From an uncultured Pelagibacteraceae bacterium (lineage in GTDB: Bacteria; Pseudomonadota; Alphaproteobacteria; Pelagibacterales; AG-422-B15), in the NCBI GenBank assembly GCA_902605215.1, contig CACLBX010000002.1, positions 6,936 to 70,935 on the forward strand: 64,000 nt of DNA, given 5' to 3'. Positions within the stretch are counted from its first letter, which is position 1. Every line of letters begins with the position of its first letter. The position numbers and the translations under genes were made by a program. The notes under the pieces are model-generated. The model was not told where the DNA came from and searched no databases. It saw nothing but the letters and a program-made list of their open reading frames with translations. Below are positions 43,568 through 52,791 of this stretch, in pieces.

Positions 43568-44254
43568 TTAATCTTTATTTTCTTCTTTTTTAGCATCATC
43601 TGTTGATGCCTCTTTAGCATCATCCGAAGTCTCTGCTCCCTCTGCTGCTGCTTCTTCACCTTCTACAGGAGCTTCAGGTTCTTTGACGACAGTTGGCGCG
43701 GCAACTGATGCTACAGTAAAGTCACGATCACTAATTGTAGGAGTAATGTCACTTGATAGATTGGCGGCAGATATCCTGATGGTATCACCAATTTCTAGAC
43801 CATCTAAATCAAATACAATTTCTTCAGGAATATTATTTGCTGGGCAACTAAGTTGCACAGTTCTTCTGTTAACATTAAGTACTCCACCACGTTTAAGGCC
43901 GGGAGATGACTCTTCATTGATAAATCTAGTTGGTATATCCAGGGTGATTTTTGAGTCTTCTGCCAATCTCAGAAAGTCCACATGAATTGGTTGATCTGAA
44001 AGAGGATCAAATTGTACATCTCTCGGGATTGCGAGACTTTTCTTACCTGCGATATTTAAAGAAATGATTCTTGTAAGAAACCCTCCAGAATTAATTTCCT
44101 TTTGAACAGATATTTTATCAAGGGCAATATTAAGAGAATCTTCACCTAACCCATAGATTACTGATGGAATTTTACCAGCAGCAAGGACCTTTTTTACTGC
44201 AGATTTTCCAGATTCAGCTCTTATCTCAGCATCTAAATTTGTTTCTTTTGACAT
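43568..44254 (-). CDS. rplY: 50S ribosomal protein L25 / general stress protein Ctc
   Basis: Two-domain Ctc-type L25 with an acidic C-terminal tail. It sits in the conserved prs-rplY-pth-ychF order. Confidence 0.9.
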   Translation of the reverse strand: MSKETNLDAEIRAESGKSAVKKVLAAGKIPSVIYGLGEDSLNIALDKISVQKEINSGGFLTRIISLNIAGKKSLAIPRDVQFDPLSDQPIHVDFLRLAEDSKITLDIPTRFINEESSPGLKRGGVLNVNRRTVQLSCPANNIPEEIVFDLDGLEIGDTIRISAANLSSDITPTISDRDFTVASVAAPTVVKEPEAPVEGEEAAAEGAETSDDAKEASTDDAKKEENKD

Positions 44255-44305
44255 AATTGTGTTGTGGTAATTAGATTAAATTTACTTATATGGCAAGCAT
44301 ATTAA

Positions 44306-45241
44306 TCAAAAATCAAACAGGCTGGATACCGAGCTTTCTTCAGAAATTCTTTTTATCGCTTCACCCAATAGAGTGGATACATCAATAGAGCGTATTTTAT
44401 TGCCATTACTTAATATATCTTGATTATTAATAGAATTGGTAATTACCAATTCAGTTAATTTTGAATTATTTATTCTCTCGAGTGCTTTTCCAGTAAGTAC
44501 GCCATGTGTTACGTAGGATGTTATACTTTTAGCTCCAAGTTCCATTATCCTATTAGCTGCATTAGAAATCGTTCCAGCAGAGTCGATTATATCGTCTAAA
44601 ATAATACAGTCTTTTCCTTTTACATCTCCAATGATATTCATAACTTCACTCTCACCGGGTTTAGATCGCCTTTTATCAACAATAGCTATTGAAGCACCAA
44701 TTTTGTTAGCAATTGCTCTAGCTCTTACTACACCACCAATATCAGGTGAAACCGCAACTAAGTTTCCAATATCATATTTTTCTTTTATATCTTTTGAAAA
44801 AACTGGTCCTGCAAAAAGATTATCAGTAGGAATATCAAAGAAACCTTGTATCTGTTCAGCATGTAAATCTAATGTTAAAACTCTGTCAGCTCCAGCAGTT
44901 GTTATTAAGTTAGCAACTAATTTTGCAGATATTGGTGTTCTAGGGCCGGGCTTTCTATCTTGTCGTGCATAACCATAATAAGGAATCACAGCAGTAATTC
45001 TTTTTGCAGATGCTCTTTTTAGAGCATCCATAATTACTAGAAGCTCCATAAGATTATCGTTAGCAGGGTGGGATAGAGATTCTATAACAAAAACATCTTC
45101 ACCTCGTATGTTTTCTTTAATTTCAACGTAAACTTCATCGTCGGCAAACCTTTGTATGGATGCGTTCGTTAAGTTCTCACCAAGATAATCAGAAACACTT
45201 TTAGAAAGAGGTAAATTACTATTTCCCGCAATAATTCTCAT
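44306..45241 (-). CDS. prs: Ribose-phosphate pyrophosphokinase
   Basis: Motifs [11 protein letters not shown] and the PRPP loop [11 protein letters not shown]. Length is 311 aa. Confidence 0.95.
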   Translation of the reverse strand: MRIIAGNSNLPLSKSVSDYLGENLTNASIQRFADDEVYVEIKENIRGEDVFVIESLSHPANDNLMELLVIMDALKRASAKRITAVIPYYGYARQDRKPGPRTPISAKLVANLITTAGADRVLTLDLHAEQIQGFFDIPTDNLFAGPVFSKDIKEKYDIGNLVAVSPDIGGVVRARAIANKIGASIAIVDKRRSKPGESEVMNIIGDVKGKDCIILDDIIDSAGTISNAANRIMELGAKSITSYVTHGVLTGKALERINNSKLTELVITNSINNQDILSNGNKIRSIDVSTLLGEAIKRISEESSVSSLFDF

Positions 45242-45999
45242 GAATGATCTTCTTTTATAGTAATTGTTGAAATCATTCTACCATAATCATCCTCTTTTTT
45301 ATGAAGCGCCCGCCTGTAGCTGAAACAAAGGTGTTCGTCTTTGAAAGTATCAATGTTGACAGTGTCTATGTTTCCAACGCCTTGCTCCTCAAGCTTAAAT
45401 GTAATGAATTTTTTTAGGGAAAACTGATATTTCTCCTTATTGATTTTGATAAAAAATTGTCTATTTCTTGTCGACCTGTCTACAAATATTTTGAAAAAGT
45501 CTGATTTTACTTCATATGAGCTTTGTCCAATACATGGCCCAATTGAACAATTTATATTGTTAATGTTTGCACCAAGAAGCTTCATACTTGATAGAGTATT
45601 TTCAATAATACCGTTCAGGGCTCCTCTCCAACCTGCATGACAAGCTCCAATAATTGATTTTTTTTGGTCAAAAAATAAGATCGGAGCACAATCGGCTGTC
45701 AGAACTGACAATATTATATTCTGATGTTTCGTTACTATACCGTCACACTTATATTCTGTTTGCTGCAATTTAGGCTCAATTATTTTGCATATGTTTGAAT
45801 GTGTTTGGTGCATTGTAATCAACTTAGACCTTGGAAGATTGAAATACTTATGAATTGTCTTTAAATTATCTTCTACCAATAAAGGATTATCATTTGATCC
45901 TTTACCACAATTTAGTGATGAATATTTTTTTTTACTAAAGCCACCAATTCTTGAAAAAAAACAGTGATCAACATCGCTTAAATTTTTTGAAAAAAACAC
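45238..45999 (-). CDS. pgeF: YfiH/PgeF (DUF152) purine nucleoside phosphorylase / peptidoglycan editing factor family
   Basis: Motifs QTHS, TADCAPI and CHAGWRG. Confidence 0.85.
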   Translation of the reverse strand: MFFSKNLSDVDHCFFSRIGGFSKKKYSSLNCGKGSNDNPLLVEDNLKTIHKYFNLPRSKLITMHQTHSNICKIIEPKLQQTEYKCDGIVTKHQNIILSVLTADCAPILFFDQKKSIIGACHAGWRGALNGIIENTLSSMKLLGANINNINCSIGPCIGQSSYEVKSDFFKIFVDRSTRNRQFFIKINKEKYQFSLKKFITFKLEEQGVGNIDTVNIDTFKDEHLCFSYRRALHKKEDDYGRMISTITIKEDHS

Positions 46000-47028
46000 T
46001 TAAATTTCTACTTCCAATACTTTGAAAAGGCTTCCCATATGTTCATTACTAATTAATCGATTTAACTGTTCTTTTATTTCCTCAGCTTTAGCTGGGTTTT
46101 GTTTACACAACTGATTTGCTCTTTCCTCAATGCCGTTCAATTTCAAAAAAGTTGATTGAGTGGCAAATTTATACTCTAAAATCTTTTTATTTTTTAAGAT
46201 ACTTATCAAGCAATCAAAATTCACATGGTAAGTTATGTCTTGTTTTCCGATATTATTTAATACATCAGTTTTTTTATGATTTTTAATTGACTGGATAGTA
46301 CTTTTTAAAGGATGTTTTACGTAGCCGTAGTCAATTAATAGAAGATGTCCTTTATTTTTTTCTAAAAAGTTGATGATTTGATTAAATATTTCAATTGTTT
46401 GTGGAGAGTATTCAAAGATTTGATTATTTTTTAAATCAAACCTAGATTTTACATATATTTCACTTTCACTTCTTGCAATTTCAATATCAAATTCAAAATC
46501 TCCATCTAATGATTTTTTTATGACTGTCTCGTAATATGTGTTGTCTCTTTTTTTTAATTGTCTTAAGGGAAGCGCATCTACAAATTCATTTGCGATAAAA
46601 AAAGAATATCGATCAGGATAATCACCAATTACTGAATGAATTTTACATTCTGGAAATTGTAATTTTAGATTTTCGATAAAATTTTTATTAATTTCATTGA
46701 AGTGAAGTGAAATATTTATTTCAGGAGATAAATGGTTATTTAATACCCTTAAAATATCATTAATGAGAGTTCCCCTTCCAGGGCCTAATTCTATTAAATT
46801 AAAGTGTTTGATATTATTTTTATTTATAAGCTGAAGAATTTTGATTGCTATTGCTTCACCAAACATTTGCGATATCTCAGGAGCAGTTATAAAATCACCT
46901 TTTTTACCAATAATCTCTTCAGAGACATAATATCCATGGTCTTTATCACCATGCACCAGTTTAATAAACTCATCTAAATATATGTATGGGTTTTTGTTAA
47001 GATATTTTAGCAATTTTTCTTTAATCAT
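46000..47028 (-). CDS. DUF185 / MidA (NDUFAF7-like) SAM-dependent methyltransferase
   Basis: Motifs GDFITAPEISQMFGE and ELGPGRGTL. Confidence 0.8.
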   Translation of the reverse strand: MIKEKLLKYLNKNPYIYLDEFIKLVHGDKDHGYYVSEEIIGKKGDFITAPEISQMFGEAIAIKILQLINKNNIKHFNLIELGPGRGTLINDILRVLNNHLSPEINISLHFNEINKNFIENLKLQFPECKIHSVIGDYPDRYSFFIANEFVDALPLRQLKKRDNTYYETVIKKSLDGDFEFDIEIARSESEIYVKSRFDLKNNQIFEYSPQTIEIFNQIINFLEKNKGHLLLIDYGYVKHPLKSTIQSIKNHKKTDVLNNIGKQDITYHVNFDCLISILKNKKILEYKFATQSTFLKLNGIEERANQLCKQNPAKAEEIKEQLNRLISNEHMGSLFKVLEVEI

Positions 47029-47828
47029 TTTTTATTTGCAAAAAGTAAGATGGTCAATCCAGCTATAATCATTGGTATTGAAAGCAACATTCCCATGGTA
47101 AAAAAGTTAGCAATATACCCAACTTGTACATCGGGCTCACGGGTAAACTCTACAGAATATCTAAATACTCCATATAACAAGAGAAAGGCTCCAGAAATAA
47201 ACCCGGGAGACTTGAGTTTATAATACCTAAAAATTAAAATATTTAAGATGATGAACAGCAATAGACCTTCCAAGAATGCCTCATAGAGCTGACTGGGATG
47301 TCTAAATTGGTCATCTGCATTTGGAAAGATCATGCCAAACAAAAAATTTGCTGGCCGTCCATAAAGTTCACCATTAATAAAATTTGCAATTCGCCCAAAG
47401 AATATGCCAACAGGAGCAGAAACACATATTAAGTCACTAACTTCAAAAAAAGAGCACTTAAAGTTTCTTGAAACAAGTAAAGCTGCAAATATGATACCTA
47501 TCAATCCACCATGAAATGAAAGTCCTCCTTGCCATAGGTAGAATATTTCTACAACGTTATCGCTATAGTATGCAAAATTATAAAATAATACGTATCCAAC
47601 TCTAGCTCCAATTATAAGACCTAAAATTGAATAGAATACTAAGTCATCAACTAATTTTTCATTTATATTAGCTTTAACGTCATATATTTTTTTGTTAGAA
47701 GACAAGTATTTGATGTATCGCCAAGCAAATATAAAACCCACTATGTATGCTAAAGAGTACCATCTAATTTCAAGGGGACCTATTGAGAAAAAAATCGGAC
47801 TAATAGATGGAAAACTAAGATAAATCAC
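47025..47828 (-). CDS. lgt: Prolipoprotein diacylglyceryl transferase
   Basis: Polytopic protein with motifs W.GGLSFHGG and GRIANFINGELYGR. Confidence 0.92.
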   Translation of the reverse strand: MIYLSFPSISPIFFSIGPLEIRWYSLAYIVGFIFAWRYIKYLSSNKKIYDVKANINEKLVDDLVFYSILGLIIGARVGYVLFYNFAYYSDNVVEIFYLWQGGLSFHGGLIGIIFAALLVSRNFKCSFFEVSDLICVSAPVGIFFGRIANFINGELYGRPANFLFGMIFPNADDQFRHPSQLYEAFLEGLLLFIILNILIFRYYKLKSPGFISGAFLLLYGVFRYSVEFTREPDVQVGYIANFFTMGMLLSIPMIIAGLTILLFANKK

Positions 47829-47868
47829 GCTATTTTAAATTTGATATAAGAATAACCTAACACCATTT

Positions 47869-48024
47869 ATGTATAGTAGAAATAAAATATTAAATAAAGT
47901 TACAGACATCTGTATAAGTTTATATGAGATCTCTTTATCTTTTAAAGATGAGATCAAGACAATGAATAAATTTAAAGAAGATAGAAAAAATACGTCAGCT
48001 CAAAAGTCAAATGATAAATCTTAA
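47869..48024 (+). CDS. Small ORF (51 aa), possibly a truncated UbiK/YqiC-like protein
   Basis: Not in the track because it is under 60 aa. It fills the largest spacer in the window. Translation is MYSRNKILNKVTDICISLYEISLSFKDEIKTMNKFKEDRKNTSAQKSNDKS*. The N-terminal SRNKILNKVTD loosely recalls the N-R-F-(L/F)-D-D-L-A-K-L start of UbiK-family proteins (from memory). It overlaps proC by 14 nt. Confidence 0.3.
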   Translation: MYSRNKILNKVTDICISLYEISLSFKDEIKTMNKFKEDRKNTSAQKSNDKS

Positions 48025-48841
48025 AAAACAAAAATTTCTTATTATTGGCGCTGGAAATATGGGCTATGCAGTACTCAATTCATTGATTGAAAATAAGATA
48101 TCATCAAAAAATATCTTAATTATTGAAAAAAAAATCACACCAAGATTAAAAAAGTTAAAGTCAAAACATAATCTTAAAATTATCAAAAATGTTCGGTTGC
48201 TTAAATATAAATTCGTACCATCTATTTCATTAATTTCTGTAAAGCCAAATCAATTAAACGCTGCAGTTGACAGTTCTTTAGAAAAATTTTTGTCTAATTC
48301 TCTTATTGTATCGATCGTAGCAGGAAAGAAGATTTCTGATTTAAAAAAAATATTTACACTAAATAAAGGTATTGTGAGAGCTATGACAAATACCCCGGCA
48401 TCAGTCAATATGGGTACAACTCTCATTTGTTTTGATAAAACAATTAAAAGTGATCAAAAGAGAATAGTTAGGAATTTCCTATCATTACTAGGGCAAATAA
48501 ATGAAACTAAAAATGAAAAAATTATTGATGATTTCACAGCAATCTTTGGAAGTGGCCCGGCCTATATATTTCTTTTCATTGAAACGCTTATTAAAATAGC
48601 TGATAAGTCTGGGTTCAAAGATTCAAAAAATATGGTTCTTCAAACTTTTCTTGGGTCTCTTTTGCTTCTTTTAAATGAAAAAGATAGTCCAACACATTTA
48701 AAAAAGAGTGTTACTAGTAAGGGAGGAACAACTGAAGCTGCCCTTAAAATATTAGAAAACAAAAATGGCCTTAGTACTCTAATTTCTAAAGCCATAGATA
48801 AAGCAAAGAAAAGATCCAGGGAGCTCAGGAAGGCTAATTAA
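48011..48841 (+). CDS. proC: Pyrroline-5-carboxylate reductase
   Basis: Rossmann motif IIGAGNMG and C-terminal VTSKGGTTEAAL. Confidence 0.88.
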   Translation: MINLKKQKFLIIGAGNMGYAVLNSLIENKISSKNILIIEKKITPRLKKLKSKHNLKIIKNVRLLKYKFVPSISLISVKPNQLNAAVDSSLEKFLSNSLIVSIVAGKKISDLKKIFTLNKGIVRAMTNTPASVNMGTTLICFDKTIKSDQKRIVRNFLSLLGQINETKNEKIIDDFTAIFGSGPAYIFLFIETLIKIADKSGFKDSKNMVLQTFLGSLLLLLNEKDSPTHLKKSVTSKGGTTEAALKILENKNGLSTLISKAIDKAKKRSRELRKAN

Positions 48842-50130
48842 TTTTGTATTATTATAGCCACTTCCAAGCCGCCTAAATAACTATCATGCAAACTTATTTT
48901 TCCATTTATTGAGCCAAGTAGTGATTTAGTAGTTGCCAGACCTAAACCTGAATTTGTCTTGTTTTGATTTCTACTTTTGTCAATCCTATAGAAGGGTTTG
49001 AATACATTTGCTTTTTCTTTATCATCAATACCTGGGCCGTTGTCGTGAATATTGATTTTAATAATTCTGCTATTCACCTCAGCTTTGATGATAATTCTGC
49101 CTGCTTTATCAATCGCATTATTCAAAATATTTGTAATTGACCGTACAAATACATTTTCATTTACCGTTGCAGTCTCATCGTTGAGTACCTCTAGTTCAAT
49201 TTTGTGGTTTCTAAAATGAACATCATTTTTAATTTTAATGATAGCTTCTATAGGGTTAATCACAGATCTATCTTTTGAATCATCAGAGGCTGCAAAATCA
49301 AGGTATTCAATTAGCATTTCATTCATATGATTAATTTCATCATTAATATCTTGTTTTATATCCTTATTATCTAGTGTTTCTATTATTAGTTTCATTCTGG
49401 TTAACGGTGTCTTTAAATCATGACTTACCCCAGCAAGCATTAGAGAGCGTTGATCAATTTGTTTTAATATTCGATTCTTCATTTTTATAAATTCTTTACC
49501 AGCCTGTCTAACTTCAAGAGCTCCAGATATTTTAAAGTTATCTAACTCTTGCCCTTTGCCAAATTGTTCTGCTGCTTTTGCCAAATTACTAATTGGTTTT
49601 ACTTGATTTTTAAGAAATAAATAAGAAATTAGAACCAATATAAGTGCGGATATAATCTGCCAACCAAGAAAAATATGATTTCGAGCAGTAGTTATCCTAT
49701 CTTTTGGAAAAGTAAGCATTATAAATGAGGAATCAAACTGTATAATCACTTCAATTGTATCATTAAGCGTCTCGTTGATTGAAAAAGGATTTTCAATTCT
49801 TGTCGCTAGTTCTTGACTAAAACTATTAAGAATTTGAGTATTATAATTTTCTGTCTCATCAAAAAATTCTACCTGGTCATAAGTATTTACGTCAAATAAA
49901 AATATTTCTTGTACATCTTTTATATTAATTAAAGAACCTTGGCTTTCATCATATTGTCTAGCAACCATTTGTATTTCCATTGCAACTGACCTTGAAAGCC
50001 TATTTAGGGTACGCTCCCACAAACTATTATAGTAGTAGGATAAAATAATTAATTGAAACATAACTATAGGAAACAAAACTATTAAAATTGTTCGGCCTAG
50101 TAAGCTTGTAGGAAGTAAATTTCTAAACAT
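48838..50130 (-). CDS. Sensor histidine kinase, EnvZ-like
   Basis: Two TM helices plus a HAMP domain. H-box GVSHDLKTPLTR, N-box NILNNAIDKA, G1 HDNGPGI, G2 SGLGLA. Confidence 0.88.
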   Translation of the reverse strand: MFRNLLPTSLLGRTILIVLFPIVMFQLIILSYYYNSLWERTLNRLSRSVAMEIQMVARQYDESQGSLINIKDVQEIFLFDVNTYDQVEFFDETENYNTQILNSFSQELATRIENPFSINETLNDTIEVIIQFDSSFIMLTFPKDRITTARNHIFLGWQIISALILVLISYLFLKNQVKPISNLAKAAEQFGKGQELDNFKISGALEVRQAGKEFIKMKNRILKQIDQRSLMLAGVSHDLKTPLTRMKLIIETLDNKDIKQDINDEINHMNEMLIEYLDFAASDDSKDRSVINPIEAIIKIKNDVHFRNHKIELEVLNDETATVNENVFVRSITNILNNAIDKAGRIIIKAEVNSRIIKINIHDNGPGIDDKEKANVFKPFYRIDKSRNQNKTNSGLGLATTKSLLGSINGKISLHDSYLGGLEVAIIIQN

Positions 50131-50133
50131 TAT

Positions 50134-50811
50134 CTAATCAATCCACAGTTCATATCCTGAACCTCTTTTTGTTCGCAAAAATCTAGGTATTTTGGGATTC
50201 TTTTCAATTTTTTTTCTTAACCTATTAATACATACATCTAATGTACGTTCCTGCGAAAAATTTAACTCCGTTATTAATTGATCTCTAGAAAATGACTTGC
50301 CTGGGTTAGCGGAGAGGAGTTGCAAAATTTTTAACTCATTCTGATTAAGCGATAAGTCTACTGTTCTTCCTTTTATGGACCCACTTGATAAATCTATTAC
50401 TATATTATCTAATTGGATCTTATTTTTATTATTTTTAGTCGATGTTTTATTAATTATATTTTTTATTCTTAGTAGTAATTCCTTAGGTTCAAAAGGTTTA
50501 CTTAAATAATCATCAGCACCAATTTCAAGTCCATGAACTCTATTCTCCGACTCATTCATAGCCGTTAGATGGATTATGGGTGTGAGAGATGACTGCCTTA
50601 TATCCTTTGTGAGCTCGTAGCCATCTTGTCCTGGCATCATGATATCTACGATTAGTAGATCAAAAACTATATACTTAAGTAACTCTTTGGCCTCTTCTGC
50701 ATTAGCAGCAGTAGAAATAAGAAAGCTATGTTCTATTAAATATGATTTTAAAAGATTTCTAATTTTGTCATCATCGTCAACAATAAGTAAGTGTTGTAGA
50801 TTGTTATTCAT
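50134..50811 (-). CDS. OmpR/PhoB-family response regulator
   Basis: Receiver domain (LIVDDDD, LLIVDIMMPG, and a conserved Lys in SKPF) followed by a winged-helix output domain (RLRKKIE..TKRGSGYEL). Confidence 0.92.
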   Translation of the reverse strand: MNNNLQHLLIVDDDDKIRNLLKSYLIEHSFLISTAANAEEAKELLKYIVFDLLIVDIMMPGQDGYELTKDIRQSSLTPIIHLTAMNESENRVHGLEIGADDYLSKPFEPKELLLRIKNIINKTSTKNNKNKIQLDNIVIDLSSGSIKGRTVDLSLNQNELKILQLLSANPGKSFSRDQLITELNFSQERTLDVCINRLRKKIEKNPKIPRFLRTKRGSGYELWID

Positions 50812-51316
50812 TATTTTTTTCTATTAAACTGTTTACTACCATATTAAATCCCTGAACAGCGTTAGCCCCAGATTTAACATAAGATTTTGAGAGTCTATCT
50901 ATTAAAGGTTTAATAACATTATTTAATTTGTCTTTAGCAGTATCGGTGAGATATAAATTCTTTTTTCTGCCATCATCAGCATTAATTTTTTGAATAATAA
51001 ATTTTTCCTTTAATAAACTTCTTAAAACTCTATTCAAACTTTGTTTTCTGATATCAAGAATATTTAACAGTTCATTAAATATTATCCCAGGATTTAAGTT
51101 TATTATTAAAAGACATCTAATATCAGCCATGCCAAGCTGTTCATCATCTAAATTATTAAATATTTCTTTTTCAAATATTCTATTAGCTTCAAAAAAATTA
51201 TTTAATGAAATTTTGATACGGTCTTCTCGAAGATAGAGTAAAGAAGATGCTTTGCTATTGGATGTATTTAAGTCAGCCACTATGACATAGCTACGATAAA
51301 AATATATATTAATCAA
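50804..51316 (-). CDS. MarR-family transcriptional regulator (start uncertain)
   Basis: Winged HTH: IIFNELLNILDIRKQSLNRVLRSLLKEKFI...DGRKKNLYLT. The first roughly 12 codons look non-native, and an in-frame GTG near 51280 is an alternative start. It overlaps the response-regulator gene by 8 nt. Confidence 0.72.
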   Translation of the reverse strand: MINIYFYRSYVIVADLNTSNSKASSLLYLREDRIKISLNNFFEANRIFEKEIFNNLDDEQLGMADIRCLLIINLNPGIIFNELLNILDIRKQSLNRVLRSLLKEKFIIQKINADDGRKKNLYLTDTAKDKLNNVIKPLIDRLSKSYVKSGANAVQGFNMVVNSLIEKNNE

Positions 51317-51363
51317 GGAGTTTTTCTGTTATGTAATCTATTCTTAAATTAAATAAAAAATAT

Positions 51364-52245
51364 ATGGAAATACCACCATTTGATAACAGAGATGGCTTTA
51401 TATGGATGAATGGCAAATTTATTCCATGGAACGATGCTAAATGTCATGTCATCACCCAAGGACTTCATTATGCAAGTTCTGTTTTTGAAGGTGAGAGGGC
51501 CTATAAAGGAAAAATATTTAAATCTAAAGAACATACGAAAAGACTATTTAAGTCAGCTGAAACAGTTGGCATAAAAATTCCCTATACTCAGGATGAAATT
51601 AACCAGGCTAAAGATGATTTAATCAGTAAGATGGGTTATCTAGATTGTTATGTTCGTCCAATTGCCTGGCGTGGAAGTCAGCAGATGGGATTATCGACAT
51701 CTAATGCTGATATAAATGTTGCCATTGCCGTCTGGGATGATTGGGCATCATATTTCAAAATTGAAGATAGAAAAGCAGGCCTAAGGTTGATTACATCACC
51801 TTGGAAACGACCAGCACCTGATACTGCTCCATGTGAGGCTAAAGCATCAGGACCTTATGTTATTTGTACAATGTCAAAGGAATATGCAGAGAGTAAAGGT
51901 TACAATGATGCTTTAATGCTGGATTACAGAGGTTACGTAGCGGAAGGAACAGGGGCGAACATATTTTTCATAAAAAATAAAACTATACATACACCTATAC
52001 CAGATTGTTTCCTAAATGGCATAACTAGGCAAACAGTTATTGAGATGGTGACAAAAAAAGGATTCTCAGTTGAGGAAAAACATATAATGCCGGATGAAAT
52101 GGCTAACTATGAAGAGGCTTTTTTAACCGGGACAGCCGCTGAAATTACTCCAATACAATCAATTGATAGTATTCAATTTAAGACTGGCGATGAAAGTCAA
52201 AATTTTCAGTTCATGCAAGATTATCACGATTTAGTAAGATCTTAG
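51364..52245 (+). CDS. ilvE: Branched-chain amino acid aminotransferase (class IV)
   Basis: Motifs W.NG..IPW..A..HV..HGLHYASSVFEGERAY and a PLP-Lys region (EAKASGPY). Length is 293 aa. Confidence 0.92.
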   Translation: MEIPPFDNRDGFIWMNGKFIPWNDAKCHVITQGLHYASSVFEGERAYKGKIFKSKEHTKRLFKSAETVGIKIPYTQDEINQAKDDLISKMGYLDCYVRPIAWRGSQQMGLSTSNADINVAIAVWDDWASYFKIEDRKAGLRLITSPWKRPAPDTAPCEAKASGPYVICTMSKEYAESKGYNDALMLDYRGYVAEGTGANIFFIKNKTIHTPIPDCFLNGITRQTVIEMVTKKGFSVEEKHIMPDEMANYEEAFLTGTAAEITPIQSIDSIQFKTGDESQNFQFMQDYHDLVRS

Positions 52246-52791
52246 TTAAAAAATTTTTCTATAGTATTGATAACCACTATATAACGACGCTATCATGGCA
52301 ATCCACAAAAGCGCTATGCCAAAATTGTTAATTAATAATAAACTACTGTATACATCAGCTAAGAGTATCAAAAATAAGCTGCTCATTTGAGCTGCAGTTT
52401 TATATTTACCTAAATTTGATACAGGTATTTCTTTTTTGTTATCATTACTTGATGCATATTCTCTCAAGCCAGAAATAAATATTTCTCTAGCTATAATTAG
52501 ATACGCAGGTATCAGATGTATTCCTAACAATATGCTATCTGAAATAAAAGTAATCAAGATAAGAACTACAAAGAGTTTATCAGCGATGGGATCAAGCATT
52601 TTTCCAAAGTTTGATGTATTTTTTGTCTTTCTAGCAATTAAACCATCAAGATAATCAGTAATTGACATCACAATAAATAAAACTATTGATAAGAAATTTA
52701 TTAAATTTGAATCAGAAAAAATTAATATTATTAGGACTGGAAGCAGTACTATTCTTGAAATTGTTAATATATTTGGTAACTTGGACATCAA
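52246..52791 (-). CDS. pgsA: CDP-diacylglycerol--glycerol-3-phosphate 3-phosphatidyltransferase
   Basis: CDP-alcohol phosphatidyltransferase motif DYLDGLIARK..G..LDPIADK. It lies downstream of uvrC, as in E. coli. Confidence 0.9.
   Translation of the reverse strand: MMSKLPNILTISRIVLLPVLIILIFSDSNLINFLSIVLFIVMSITDYLDGLIARKTKNTSNFGKMLDPIADKLFVVLILITFISDSILLGIHLIPAYLIIAREIFISGLREYASSNDNKKEIPVSNLGKYKTAAQMSSLFLILLADVYSSLLLINNFGIALLWIAMIASLYSGYQYYRKIF

Noticed and set aside
43568-43700. The acidic, Ala/Glu-rich, low-complexity C-terminal tail of L25/Ctc, which is locally GC-richer.
   Set aside because: Such tails are common in Ctc-type L25 proteins of alphaproteobacteria, so it is not a separate feature.
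51295-51363. When I hand-translated the MarR 5' end and the 51349-51534 ORF, my base count in the A/T runs near 51300 and 51360 disagreed with the supplied ORF track by one base. This looked like an indel or frameshift.
   Set aside because: It is most likely my own miscounting of homopolymer runs. The frames re-synchronise at ilvE (ATG 51364), and the track is internally consistent. I kept the track coordinates. Hand-derived coordinates elsewhere should be treated as accurate to about +/-1 nt.
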